Of a DNA stretch of 53,806 bases, positions 1-11,600 are shown in pieces; position 1 is the stretch's first letter, and each line of letters opens with the position of its first letter. Source of the DNA: Thraustochytrium aureum (Eukaryota); NCBI GenBank assembly GCA_012862495.1, contig BLSG01000174.1, positions 7,890-61,695 on the forward strand, written 5' to 3'. The notes beneath the pieces were generated by a model, which was given only the letters and a program-made list of their open reading frames with translations, searched no databases and was not told where the DNA came from. The position numbers and the translations under genes are program-made.

Positions 1-1642
1 GGAGAGTCCCACACCGGGAGACGCCGCGTCTGGCGCGCCGTCGGCCGCCCCAGTCTCAAAACTGCCTTCGACCCGCGCGCCGAGCTCGGCACCAAAGGGG
101 GGGCGACGGTGGCGACGGCAGCGCAGCGGGCAAGGCCGACCCAGACGAGGTCGGCGTGAACGGGGAGTTTTGCGAGGCCGAGTTTGTGAGGTTCCCTCCG
201 ATGGACGGCTTCATAGGCTCGAGCTACCTTTTCGCAGGTCTTGGCCTGTTCTTCAGCTGCGCAGGCATCGCCTTCATGATTGTCTTTCGCAACAAGCCCC
301 GTGCTTCTCATGTCCCAGCGGGTGCTCCTCACAATGTTCTGCGTGGGGTTGGCGATCACAAACCTCTCGCTAATTGTTCGCGTCCGCGGGGTGCAGGCCC
401 CGTCGAGCGGGCGCTGCGTGGCCAGCTCGACGCTCCTCTATTTCGGCCTCACGCTGGCGGTGTCATGCCTCTCAGTCAAGGAGTGGCGATCCTGGCGCGT
501 GTACACGCGCACCATGCAGATGCGGCAAATCAAGCTCGACAACCGCGCCCTTTTGGGCTACATAGCGCTCACCAACCTTGTGACGGTGGTGCTAGTGGTC
601 GTGTGGATGGCGGTTTTCCCGCCCACTGTTGACGTCTGCGGCGGCTTTCGCTGTTCGTACCCGAGCGCAGTGCTCTCCTACCTGGTGTTCTGCTACGTCG
701 TGATTCTCACGGTGGTGGCGATCGTGCTGGCCTACATGTCGCGCGACGTCCCTTCAGTGGGTGGCGAGTCGGCCGGCATTCTCATCACGGCGTCCTTTTC
801 TTTTTTTGCCATAGTTCTCGTCGGGATCATCTCCATCTCGGGCACGGTGACCCTCCAAATAGAGACGTGGCTGCTCTGCTTTGCAGTGTTTTGGTGCAGC
901 ATGATGGCGCTGTGCCTGATCGTCTTCAAAAAGTGGTTTTGGTTCCGCCACTCCTCGCAGGAGCTCCAGGCGCTCTATTTGCGCACGGATAGATCGTCAG
1001 GCCCGTTTGGCCGCGACAGCCGAGCCACCTATACAGCTCCGAACTTGCTGCACGGCCAGCCCTTCTCTGGGCAGAGCTCGACGCGCGGCATCTCCACTGG
1101 CGACCCGCAGCAGGTCAACATGTCCGACTACGCGGCGCCGCCCTCCTCGAGGTTACCAAAGCCGTTCAAGTCGAGGCCTCACACGACAAACACGACCGCG
1201 TCCAACACGGCCTCCACTTCCTCCTCTGCCCGAGGCCTTCAACCCTGCAGCAGATATTATCGCGACGGACCTCGACACGGGCAACAAGGTTGTGACGGAC
1301 GGGGCACGCCAAAAGGCTGGTATTGTGCTTCCCTCGCTGCCGCTCGAGCCAGCTGCTGCTGCTGCTGCTTCTGAGAGCGGCGCTTTGCCTCAAGCTAGCG
1401 CTCGCGCAGCACCTGTAGCGCAGCCAGAGGGCGGGGCCTCGCCTCGTGGCGAAAGCAGCGGCGCTGTAGATAGCGCCGCGCTCCAAGCCGCCCTGGACGC
1501 GCATCGCTCTCGGGGTTTCAAGATTGGCCAAGAGGGCGACTGGGAGGAGTTTGTCGACCGTGAAACCGGCGAGTCGTTTTGGCTTGATACAAGAACGGGC
1601 CTCAGGGCATTTCAGCCGCCGACTGGGCTGGCTTTAGTGTAG
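1..1642 (+). CDS. Class C (GABA-B/mGlu-like) GPCR-type 7TM protein with C-terminal WW domain; 5' partial, two apparent frameshifts
   Basis: Joining ORFs 156.. and 280.. at the C-run 297-300 gives FRNKP|VLLMSQRVLLTMFCVG. A TM3-end motif (KEWRSWRVY) and a pre-TM6 motif (GGESAGI) resemble 7tm_3, with about 7 hydrophobic segments. The frame of ORF 1007..1642 ends in a WW-like motif, GDWEEFVDRETGESFWLDTRTGLRAFQPP. Confidence 0.7.
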
Positions 1643-1896
1643 CATGTTGGCCTATTGCAACCGAAAGTCGGGTCTTGTTTTGCCTTTTCTCGCAAGCCGA
1701 GGTTCGCGTCACTGGTTTCGTCTCGCTTCTCGTGCCCTTCGTTAGCAACCGCGTGCAAGCGATGAGCGCGAGCCGCGGCGCGAGCAACGGCGGTCGTCTT
1801 GGGTTGACACAGGGGCGGCCCTCAAACAGCTGTCGTCTGGGGGTGGCCTTCTCGTAGCATGTTGGCCTTGTCGACTCGTACGCCAAGGGCGCTGTA

Positions 1897-4136
1897 TCAG
1901 GTAGACGTCGAAGTTCGCCGTCTCATTCTTGGCGCCCGCAGTGCCGAACTTGGCCCTATTGGAACAATCTCTGCGACTTGCCCCTTCGCGATCAAATCTC
2001 TCAGAAGAGTCTTCTCGTCCGCCAGCTGGGTCTTCTCGTCCGCCAGCTCCGCAAGAAGGTCCTCAAAATCGGCATTGTGGAACCCAGCAGAGTGGTCAGC
2101 TTGTCAGCCTCTGCGACGTTTCCCCAGCGCTCCTTGTCGGCCTCGGGCTCTTTGGCCAGAGCCTGGTCGAGCTGCCCATCGAGCCTGACGCGGTCCCCTC
2201 TTCACCTTTTCAGCACGGCCAATGCGGCCTTCGCCGCGGCTGGGCCCGCAATGGCTTGAGAGCGACACTTCACCGCGGTCGACTCGGGNNNNNNNNNNNN
2301 NNNNNNNNNNNNNNNNNNNNNNNNNNNNNNNNNNNNNNNNNNNNNNNNNNNNNNNNNNNNNNNNNNNNNNNNNNNNNNNNNNNNNNNNNNNNNNNNNNNN
2401 NNNNNNNNNNNNNNNNNNNNNNNNNNNNNNNNNNNNNNNNNNNNNNNNNNNNNNNNNNNNNNNNNNNNNNNNNNNNNNNNNNNNNNNNNNNNNNNNNNNN
2501 NNNNNNNNNNNNNNNNNNNNNNNNNNNNNNNNNNNNNNNNNNNNNNNNNNNNNNNNNNNNNNNNNNNNNNNNNNNNNNNNNNNNNNNNNNNNNNNNNNNN
2601 NNNNNNNNNNNNNNNNNNNNNNNNNNNNNNNNNNNNNNNNNNNNNNNNNNNNNNNNNNNNNNNNNNNNNNNNNGTCGCCCAAGCGGCGAGATGCCGTCTT
2701 CGCGCTCAAGCCCTTCGCCGCGGGCGACGCCATCTCGATATCGATAATCCCGCTCTGGCTGTCAATGTGCAGCCGCGACACTGTGCTTGCCGCTCCGGGG
2801 CCAACAAGCGTATTGCCTGGGATGCTAAACCTGGACACCTTTCCTGAGCTTGACATGATGCCAGGGGTCGAGCTGGGCCCATTCCGTGGCGGCCCAGCCC
2901 GCGCGTACCTTGGCGAGCCGGGCAGTCTCGGCGTTGCGACTTCGACAAAGTCCAGGCGGCGTGCGATGCCATTACCAGACATTTCTTCCATGTCGTGCTC
3001 GCTGGCGCCGAGGCGCGAATCTTCGTCCTCAATAAGAGGACTTGGGATCCGCTCCGCCGAGCGGCGCCGCCCCGCGCGCTCTCTACTCGTGCGCGGTTTT
3101 TGCCCGGTTGAAGGCGCGTATCGCGAGCTCGATGTCCTGGCCTCCGACTTCCAAAGGCGCTCCTCCCGGGCCGCAACTTGGCGACGCAGCGTACGAATGA
3201 AGAGCGCCGTGTCGGCGCTGGAGGCGGCCCTACGCTGGACCTCGTCAGACGGGGCATGCGGCGCCGGGGTCCAGCTTGAAGGGGCAGGGGCCGCCTCGCC
3301 CCGCGCACCGACGAACGGCGGCGGAGGCGCATGGGCGCTCCCGGGGCTAGCTCCGTTCCCAACGAGAGGCGAGCGCAGCTCGTAGGCCTGCGCCAGCATT
3401 CGCTCGGCCACGGCGCGCTTGCTGCGCTCCTCTTCGAGCTCGCGCGTCATTGTTTCAAGCCGCGTTGGCGACAAGCCGTCCGCTTCGCCCTCGTCGGGCT
3501 TGGGGTTTCCCTCATCGTGGGCGCCATCCAGTGACCCAGGCGCTCGCTGTCTGCGGTGGTCTTAAGCTCGCCGCCAGCCTTTCCCGCGAACTCTGCCGAG
3601 GTTTCCGCCTCAACGAGTCCAGCCTCTACGGTTTTCAGTTCTGTCCGCAAGCGCCTAATTTCGTCTTCCTGTTCCTCCTTGGCCTGCAAGAGCTCGTGGA
3701 TAGACGCCTTGAGCTCTTCGTTCACTTTGCTGACGCCGTGGAAAAACTGCTCCATACGTGCTGCCTTGCTCTGCGCGAGCTCAAGGGCCGTTGCCAGGTC
3801 GAGCCGGCTTTCGTCCTCGTCCACCGCTGCGGCAGCGCCCTGTCCGCTCTGCCGGTCGGCAGTACCGTCGCGGCTCGCCTCATCGTCCTCCCTTTCGCCT
3901 CCGGGGAGCCGCACGGCGCTGCCAGTCGCGCCAGTCCTGTCGTCGTTGTCGTCGTCGTCGTCGTTGCGCAGTGCGCGGCCGCCATGGCGCGCCGGTTTCC
4001 CTACGTCCTCAATCTGCCCCGCAGGGGCTGCGGCCGCTTCGCGCAGGATGCGCTGCGCGGCGTCCACATCGCGCAGCGCGGCTGCGACGTCGTCCTCCAG
4101 ATCGCCATCCAACGCGCCCGCGGGCCGCCGCTCCAT
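1897..4136 (-). CDS. Hypothetical coiled-coil protein, interrupted by a gap and frameshifts
   Basis: ATG at 4136 (MERRPAG). Heptad-rich segments (ELKASIHELLQAKEEQEDEIRRLRTELK; LTRELEEERSKR). Past the gap the frame reads DLLAELADEKTQLADEKTLLRDLI and stops at TGA 1897-1899. Confidence 0.55.
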
Positions 4137-4546
4137 CGCCCTCTGGCCGCCGCCGCCTCCTCCTCCAACACCTGTTCTGCTCGCGCGGAGACAGAACAAC
4201 GAGTCGTTCCTCAATTCCGCGCGAATCGCCAAACGCCGCGACTTTTGAAAGCGATTCGCGATTCGCGATCTTCTGTTCTCGGCGGTTGTGCGGTGGTTGG
4301 TTGTGAGGAGAGAAACTGGGGCGAGGAAAAAACCGGTCTCAGAGGAGGCGACGCGCTGCCCTCACAAAACCCACTCGAAGTCTGTCGCCGCTCTGGGCGA
4401 GGTGGAGGGAACAGAAAGTGTTCGTCCGGATTCGCCTCCTGGCGCACGAGTGCCTCGCCGTCGTTTGAGAGGGGGTGTGAGCGCTAGCCTCGTTTTTGCA
4501 GGCATTGGTTTTCGCCACGTGAGCGATTTTGATTTTCGCCAAGTAC

Positions 4547-4845
4547 TTTTTATTTATTTGGTTTTTTTATTTATTTGGGTTTATTTATTTGGGGTTTATT
4601 TACCGTATTTGGGGTTTTTTTTTTTGGGGTTTGTTTTGTTTGTTTTGTTTTTTTTGTTTTTTTGTTTTTTTGNNNNNNNNNNNNNNNNNNNNNNNNNNNN
4701 NNNNNNNNNNNNNNNNNNNNNNNNNNNNNNNNNNNNNNNNNNNNNNNNNNNNNNNNNNNNNNNNNNNNNNNNNNNNNNNNNNNNNNNNNNNNNNNNNNNN
4801 NNNNNNNNNNNNNNNNNNTTTTTTTGTTTTTTTTTTTTGTTGCAG
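4547..4845. repeat. T-rich low-complexity tract flanking a gap; possible 5'UTR intron with polypyrimidine-CAG acceptor
   Basis: (TTTG/TTTA)n on both sides of the N-run, ending in ttttgttgcag at ~4845. A GTGAGC donor-like site lies at ~4519. Confidence 0.4.
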
Positions 4846-5140
4846 GATGGATGATGATGGTGTATTTCGGGGTCGAGCAGACGCAGCAGAGTTGGGCGGA
4901 CGCGGGCGCGGGCGCGCGGAGTCGAGCAGGGCAGCTGCGGGCGGGACAGATTCGACGTGGAGAGACCGAGAGTACTGGTCCTCCAACTCCGCTGCCGTGG
5001 CCTGGCACCTGGCGCGCACGCGGGGCTGGGGCTGGTCGTGTGCTGCCAGCCGGACGCGGACGCACGAGCTGCTGGCGGGCGGGCGGGCGGGCTCTGCGGA
5101 GCGGCCTGGTGCATGAACAGGCGAGAGCGGAGCGGGAAAG

Positions 5141-6871
5141 ATGCCTAGGGGGCAGGCGGAAGCGGTGGCGTTTAATGATGTGTATCGAGAGATCGAGGTG
5201 ATCGGCCGAGGGTCGTTCGGCGAGGTCGTCAAGGTCAAGCGGCGAGCGGACGGCAAGCAGTTGGTGTGCAAGGTGCTAAGGTACGGCTCGATGAAGGAGA
5301 AAGAGAGGCAGCTGGTCGTCTCGGAGGTCAACATCCTGCGAGGCTTGCGGCACGCCAACATAGTGCGATACTACGACCGCGTCATCGACAAGCGCGCCTC
5401 AAAACTGTACATTGTCATGGAATACTGCGAGGGCGGCGACCTCGGCAAGCACATCAAGCGGCGCCGGGAGGAGCGCAACCTGTTCGACGAGTCGAGGATC
5501 TGGCGCGCTCTTGCGCAACTTCTCCTTGCCTTCGAGGAGTGCCACATGCACCGCGAGGGCGGCGTGCTTCGCCCCATCTTGCACCGCGACGTCAAACCGT
5601 GCAACATCTTCCTCGACGCCACGGGCAACATCAAGGTGGGCGACTTTGGCCTCGCCAAGGAGCTCGGCGCCGAGGACCAGTTCGCGACCACCAACGTCGG
5701 CACCCCGTACTACATGTCGCCCGAGCTCATCAACGGCAGGCGGTACAACGAAAAGTCGGACATCTGGTCCCTCGGCTGCCTCGTCTACGAGATGGCCAGC
5801 CTGCGCCCCCCTTTCAAGGCCCTCGATGTGTTTTCCCTCAGCAAAAAGATCTCCGTGGGCAAGTTTGCCCGCATCCCTGCTCGGTACTCGGATGACCTCC
5901 AGCGAGTGATCGAGGGCATGCTCACCGTTAGCCCCTCGAAGCGGCCCTCCGTCGCGCAGCTCATGGCGCACCCGCGCCTAGCTCGCCTCCTGGCGCCGCG
6001 CGACGGATCCCGCGGGAGCTTTGCTGTCACACCCTCTGGCTGCCAGCCCGCGGGCCAGCCTGCGGGGGCCGCAGAGGAGCAACTTGCCAAGCAAGTCAGC
6101 GACATTAAACTCAGGGAGGAAGCGGTCGTGCGTCGCGAGCGCGCGCTGGAGCTCAAAGAGCAAGACCTCCGCTTTCGAGAGAAGCTGCTGGACCGTCGCG
6201 AGCGCGAGCTTGAACGCAAAGCCAAAACATACCAAGCCTCGGCCGCTGGAGCGGCCTCGCCAACATCGAGCGGCTCCTCGGCGACGGCCTTGACGAGGCC
6301 CTCCCTTCGCTCGCCGTGCACAGAGACGGCCCAGGCCTCCCGTCAGCTCGGAGCATCAAACCAGAGAAGAAACAGTGCCGGGCGGCAGCCGGCGGCCGAG
6401 GACACGTCAGGCCCGGAGGACGACGCCGCTAGCGGGGGCTCAAACTTGCGATCCGGGTCGCCCGGCGCTTCTACTCCAAGGTCAGTTTCAACGGCGGGGT
6501 CAAAGCCCTCCTCTGCGCAGAGCAAACGGGCCGCAAGGGCACAGTCCGTGGACGAAATATTGCAAGCCGCAAAACGCATTACAGCCAGCAACCCGCGCTT
6601 CCGCGGCATAGAAAACGTATCGCCAACGGGCGGCGCCCGTGCGGTCGCAAGCAAGGTGTTTCGCGACCCCGCCGCCGTCTACTGCAAGCGGGCCGGGTCT
6701 CCTGTAGACGCGCCGACGTGGAAGCCGCGCGCGGTTCTGGAACCCCGCACAAACGATTCGGCCTGGCTCAAGCGCGAGTACCTTGCGCGCAACAAGGACC
6801 GCGTCTCCGTTCCTTCGCCCAGGTACGGCGCCCTCGCCTCCCCAGCGATCACCCCGAAACACTTCCGCTAA
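5141..6871 (+). CDS. NEK: NIMA-related Ser/Thr kinase (NEK2-like) with coiled-coil and disordered tail
   Basis: Kinase motifs GRGSFG, EVNILRGLRHANIVRYY, LYIVMEYCEGGDL, HRDVKPCN, DFG, GTPYYMSPE and YNEKSDIWSLGC, followed by a coiled coil (REEAVVRRERALELKEQDL). Confidence 0.95.
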   Translation: MPRGQAEAVAFNDVYREIEVIGRGSFGEVVKVKRRADGKQLVCKVLRYGSMKEKERQLVVSEVNILRGLRHANIVRYYDRVIDKRASKLYIVMEYCEGGDLGKHIKRRREERNLFDESRIWRALAQLLLAFEECHMHREGGVLRPILHRDVKPCNIFLDATGNIKVGDFGLAKELGAEDQFATTNVGTPYYMSPELINGRRYNEKSDIWSLGCLVYEMASLRPPFKALDVFSLSKKISVGKFARIPARYSDDLQRVIEGMLTVSPSKRPSVAQLMAHPRLARLLAPRDGSRGSFAVTPSGCQPAGQPAGAAEEQLAKQVSDIKLREEAVVRRERALELKEQDLRFREKLLDRRERELERKAKTYQASAAGAASPTSSGSSATALTRPSLRSPCTETAQASRQLGASNQRRNSAGRQPAAEDTSGPEDDAASGGSNLRSGSPGASTPRSVSTAGSKPSSAQSKRAARAQSVDEILQAAKRITASNPRFRGIENVSPTGGARAVASKVFRDPAAVYCKRAGSPVDAPTWKPRAVLEPRTNDSAWLKREYLARNKDRVSVPSPRYGALASPAITPKHFR

Positions 6872-7018
6872 ACCAAGCCCCACTGCGGGCAAGCGGTTCG
6901 CGACACTCTCCCGCGGCGGCCGACCAGCTCCAGCTAGCCGAGAGAGGCGAGAGCACGAGCTAGCTTCTTATCCAAGTTACTCAACGAGATTTCTTCGAAA
7001 TGACACAGCTTTTCCCTG

Positions 7019-8212
7019 CTACACGCACAGCGCCATCATCTGCGTTCGCTCCGCGCTGTATACGTCAATGAGCCGGGAGCTGCCGCCCGCCGCTAGTACC
7101 CCCGTGTCGGCGTCGTGCGCGAGAGCGTAGATGGCAGGACTTGACGCGGGCGAGCTCACAACGTGCTCTGTTCCATTCCGCGTCCAATACTCGACACAGG
7201 ACCCCTCCCCGGCGACGGCAAGGCTCGCACCGGCAAAGGCCAAAGCCTGCACGCGTCGGACGGTGCGGCACTGCTGCGTCATTGTCACTACTCTAGATGC
7301 GATGTGGCACAACGAGAGCTGCCCGCGCCCGCGCCGCGACCCGCCGATCGCCAGCCAGTTGCCGTCCTCGGAGAGGCTCAGCGCGGCCGCCGCGTCTCCG
7401 ACCTCAAGGGTGGCGATGCACCGGTCTCCTCGCTGGCGAACGTCCCAAAACTTGCACGTGCCGTCCTCTGACCCCGTCGCAATGAGGCCAGAGCGCTCCA
7501 CGGCAGCCACTGCGACGAGGTAGTCGCTGTGGCCCGACAGGGTCGTCACGACACTCTGCGTTGGTACGTCGAAGAGGTATGCGTTGCCGTCCCCTGCAGC
7601 TGCGACCAGCTTGGCCCCGTTCTCGAGGACAGCCAATCCGTTCGACTCCGCCACGGGCGATCGCGACCCGCGCGAGCCTTGCAGCTGCGGCACGCGGAGC
7701 TCGCCGACCGGCTTTGCAGGCGCCTCGTTTTCCTCCCAGGGCGAAGCCCAGACCCTGATCTCCTCGTCTGCGCCAGTAAACACACGGTCGCCGCTCACGA
7801 CCACGTCATAGACCGGGTTGTCGTGCGCCTGTATGCACGTCGTCTTGACGCGCCACGGTGTTGGCCGTTCGGCGTCGTCGCTGTCGTCGCTCCCCTCCGC
7901 CGCGTCCGCTTCGGCCATCGACTCGGGCAGCTCCACCTCCATTGCCACTTGCCGCAGCTCGTCGGGCCGCTCCTTCCCAGCGCGCTCGCGCACTGGCGCG
8001 GCAGCGGCCAGGTCGAGCGTCGCCTGGCCCAATTTGGCGAGATCCATTTCCCAGGCGACCAACTCGCCGCTCGACGACCCGCTCAAGAGGACGCCGGGCC
8101 GCGCGACGAGGCCAAAGACCCACATGGCGCCGACCACTCCGTCCTGCACCGTGCGCAGGCACGCGTCCCGCTGCCGGAGGCGCAGCGTAAGTACGCGTTG
8201 GGAGTCTGGCAA
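7019..8212 (-). CDS. THOC6: WD40 protein, THO complex subunit 6; true start probably further upstream (possible intron)
   Basis: ESNGLAV..AAAGDGNAYLFD..LSGHSDYLVAV..ATGSEDGTCKFWDVR and EDGNWLAIGG resemble the THOC6 pattern. There is no in-frame ATG near the 5' end. Confidence 0.75.
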   Translation of the reverse strand: MPDSQRVLTLRLRQRDACLRTVQDGVVGAMWVFGLVARPGVLLSGSSSGELVAWEMDLAKLGQATLDLAAAAPVRERAGKERPDELRQVAMEVELPESMAEADAAEGSDDSDDAERPTPWRVKTTCIQAHDNPVYDVVVSGDRVFTGADEEIRVWASPWEENEAPAKPVGELRVPQLQGSRGSRSPVAESNGLAVLENGAKLVAAAGDGNAYLFDVPTQSVVTTLSGHSDYLVAVAAVERSGLIATGSEDGTCKFWDVRQRGDRCIATLEVGDAAAALSLSEDGNWLAIGGSRRGRGQLSLCHIASRVVTMTQQCRTVRRVQALAFAGASLAVAGEGSCVEYWTRNGTEHVVSSPASSPAIYALAHDADTGVLAAGGSSRLIDVYSAERTQMMALCV

Positions 8213-8618
8213 TAGCGCCGCCTCGACCTCGTCAACTTCGTCATGCTACTTACCTACTTGGACGCGGACGGACGCCGTCCGAGGAGGCCAGTGCCACAAT
8301 GGACGGATGAAAATGGGCCGATGCGAGCGGGCAGGCAGGCCCAGTCGGTGCTGGGAGGACCACGGCGGCTGCTTGGCCGTGCCGGCGCCCGGTTTTCGGT
8401 CGACGAGCGTGGCCGGCGAGAGACACCACAAGCCCGAGTTGGCCTTGAGTTGCTCTTGGCTTGCGAGCGAGCGCTGGCTGTGGCGGAAGAATGGCCGCTC
8501 CGTCTTTGGGGCTGCCGTAGCGCAACTGGCCGCGCCCGTCTGAGTGAAGTCGTGGGTGGAAGCACCGTGAGCGAGTGCAAACAACTGTTGATTGATCAAT
8601 CAAGAACACGTCAAAGTT

Positions 8619-11600
8619 TTAACGCTGGCCCAGGTTGCCCCGCGGCAGCCGGGCCCATAATGAAACGCCAATCTCGAGCGCGCAACGTGAGCAGCAATGA
8701 GGAGGCATACTAGTCGACGATTGCAATTCTTGTCGCACGGATGCCACCACTTCGAGACGCAGTTGACCTTCGAGGCGCCGGTGACGCGCAGGCTGCGTTC
8801 CTCGCGCCAACGTAGGTGCCTCAACGTCTTGCACTGTGCGGAGCGCCGTACCCAATAGAGCCAACGCGGCAAGCGACTTTGGCAGAGTTGAAGCGCTGCA
8901 AGGCTGCTCGCGGCCCCCCACAGGGCTTGTTGGGGACATGAAAGCTGAAAGTGTCGTCGATGACGGGTGCGTGACGAGCAGCGACGAGGGCACCGCCGCG
9001 ACCTTGCGCGATGCCAGCGGCACCAAGTTCGGAAGCGAGGCCGGGGTCAAGACCTCGAGCTCAGCGGTCCTCGCTGACGGTACGTTGCAACCGCGAGCGC
9101 CGTGCGCCGCGTCAAGGCTGGGCAGAGGCCGCGCGAGATCATACTCGGCCTGGAGCTGGAAGAGAGGCGACCAAGCGTTGCGGTTCACCAAACGACGAAC
9201 GAGGAGCCACAAAAGGTCGTCTCGCGACTGCCCTCGCACTGTGCTCGGCAGCGCAGCGACAACTCCAAGAAGGCGCGACAAGCAGTGTATATGACCCATG
9301 TCCCGCGAGCAGGCGCCGGGACCCTGTGCCGCGCCGAGATCCTCCACCAACGTCGCGACGGCTTGCGTCCCAGCTAAAGCAGCCAGATACGGCCTTAGAT
9401 GCTCTTGGGCTTGGCGCTGGATGGCAATGTGGTCGATTCGCCCACTGGCGATTGTGGCGGCACGACGCAGCAAGCCCTTCCAGTATCCAGTTGACGCAGC
9501 TTGCTTGGACTTGAGGTGACGATAGAACGGCCCAGCGACTTGCCCCACAGCGACAAGGAACGCCGTTCTGAACATGTCGACCCAGCGGTCGCTGGGCCGG
9601 CGGAAGGGCAGTGTATGCACCTTGGCGAATCGCAGCGTCAAGGGCCGCCCAGCGGCACGCACAGCAGCCAGCGTTTCGGCAAAGCTCAGGTTGCTGGTGC
9701 ACACGTCGTTGATGGCGACCACAACGCTGCCGCTCGGGATGACGAGGACGTCGGCCGAGTCGACGGCAGCGGCCGCAAACCAGCCCTCCGACGGGCACCT
9801 CCACGGCTTGAGCGAAAAGGGCAGCAGCCCAGATCCAAACGTTATGGTGAGCTCGTCGCCAGGGCCGAATGGCACGGGGTGAACCACGAATTGCGCTGGA
9901 AGCCTCTCGGCGCTTGCCTGCGCCGAGTCGCGCTGTACTCGCTGCATCTCGGTCTCGCATCGTTGTGTGTGCGTTACACGCGCGTCGCGGCTCTCGAGGA
10001 TGTATGAGGGAAGACAAATGCAGGCGGTAGGCCGCCGAAGCCGACCCTGCGTGGCTGGTGCGAGGACTGCCTCAAGCGCAGATTCTTGCGCTGATGTCAG
10101 GTCGCCAAGACCTAGGCGCGCGCCGTCGAGAGAGCTTGACTGCCAGCCCCCCCTGTCAGCCCCAAGTCCTTGTCGCGCATCGTCAAACTCTGCGCAAACA
10201 TTCAAATCAGCCTCCGAGAGCGGCGACGAAGCTTCTGGTCCAAAATCTGAAGACGGGGTCGTGCTACTCGGTGGCGCGATCGAGACCCCCGCGCATGCGG
10301 CTCGGCGCAGAGAGCGCTCAACGTTTCGGAGCAAAGGCTTGACGATTTGCGCGGGCAGCTCTGGCAAGGAGGATGAACCAAGGCCGGCGTCCTGCTGAGC
10401 CCGAGGAAGGCAAACTTCTATGGGGGCCACCACTCTGTTGAAATCCAGGTGCACGAGCACGCAGCTGGCCAGCGCGTCTGAGCTCGTCGCCTGCTGCAGC
10501 GCCTCCGTCTGCACGCCGATAAGGAACGCGCCGGGCGAGTCGAGGAAAGCGAGGAGCGAGCTCGGCAAGTAGGGCACGTAGGTGTGGTTCCACCGAAACG
10601 GCAGCAACAGCGCGCAAAGGGCCTCGGCGCACTGCACAATCCGGGTCGCGTCGTGCGCGTGGAGCAGCACGCGCTGGTCCAAGAGCATCCCGTTGACAAT
10701 CGTCAAGATGTTGTCGGCGCTGAGGCTGCCAACAAGGGCCTGCATACACGCCTCGTCGACATGCGGCAAGCACGCCTCCGTTGGTCGGACGTAGCTCATG
10801 GTCCGCTCGCGGTTGCCAGCGTGCAGCTCTCGCTGGCGCCGCGGGCTATTGACCTCCATAAGCCGATCCGTCTCTCGCGCGACGCGCTCGCACTTTTGCA
10901 GCCCATCTGCGCCGCACTTACGGAGCAGAAACATGGCCTCCCGCTCAGATTCATCAGGATCCTTCGCCTCAATCTCAACGTCGAACTCGCCAACCTCAGG
11001 AGAGCCCAGCGCGTTCTCGCCGCTAGTATACTCAATATCTGTGCTTTCGTCGCCGTTATTTGCGCGCGACATCGCCAGCCGGCCAAGAGCTGAGCGCCTC
11101 TGTGGAGAATGGCGCTCCGGCGCGGCGCGTTGCTCGCAATCCTCCCAAGAATTGCTTCGCAGCGGCGCTGGCGTGCTGTCCAAGACCCTAACGCGCACTT
11201 GGCACCCCGGCGGTGGCAGAGGCGTCAGACGTACCATCTCTGTTGCGAGCTTGTCAAAGCTCCCGTTGTGCGCTCGGAAGGCGTCTCGCAACGCGTCGAG
11301 CATGCCCCAGAGGAACGTAAAGTAGGGCCAGTGGGTCAGCAGGCAAACCGTACTTTCCTCTTCCTCGTCGGCGCCGAGTGAGAGCGCTAGCCCAAACTTG
11401 TGCACGCCATGGGAGTCCGTCAGCACGAAACTGTGCCTTTTCGCGTGCTCGTCCTGCTCTTGCGAGTCCGGAAAGCAAAACAGCCCAGTTTGAGACGGCC
11501 AGGGATCGTCAGGACGGTCTACCTGCGGAAAGCGCCATTTTACGGCCACGCCGTCGGGATCTGATGGCCCGACGAGGCGTTCGCCCTTGCAGAGGGTGCG

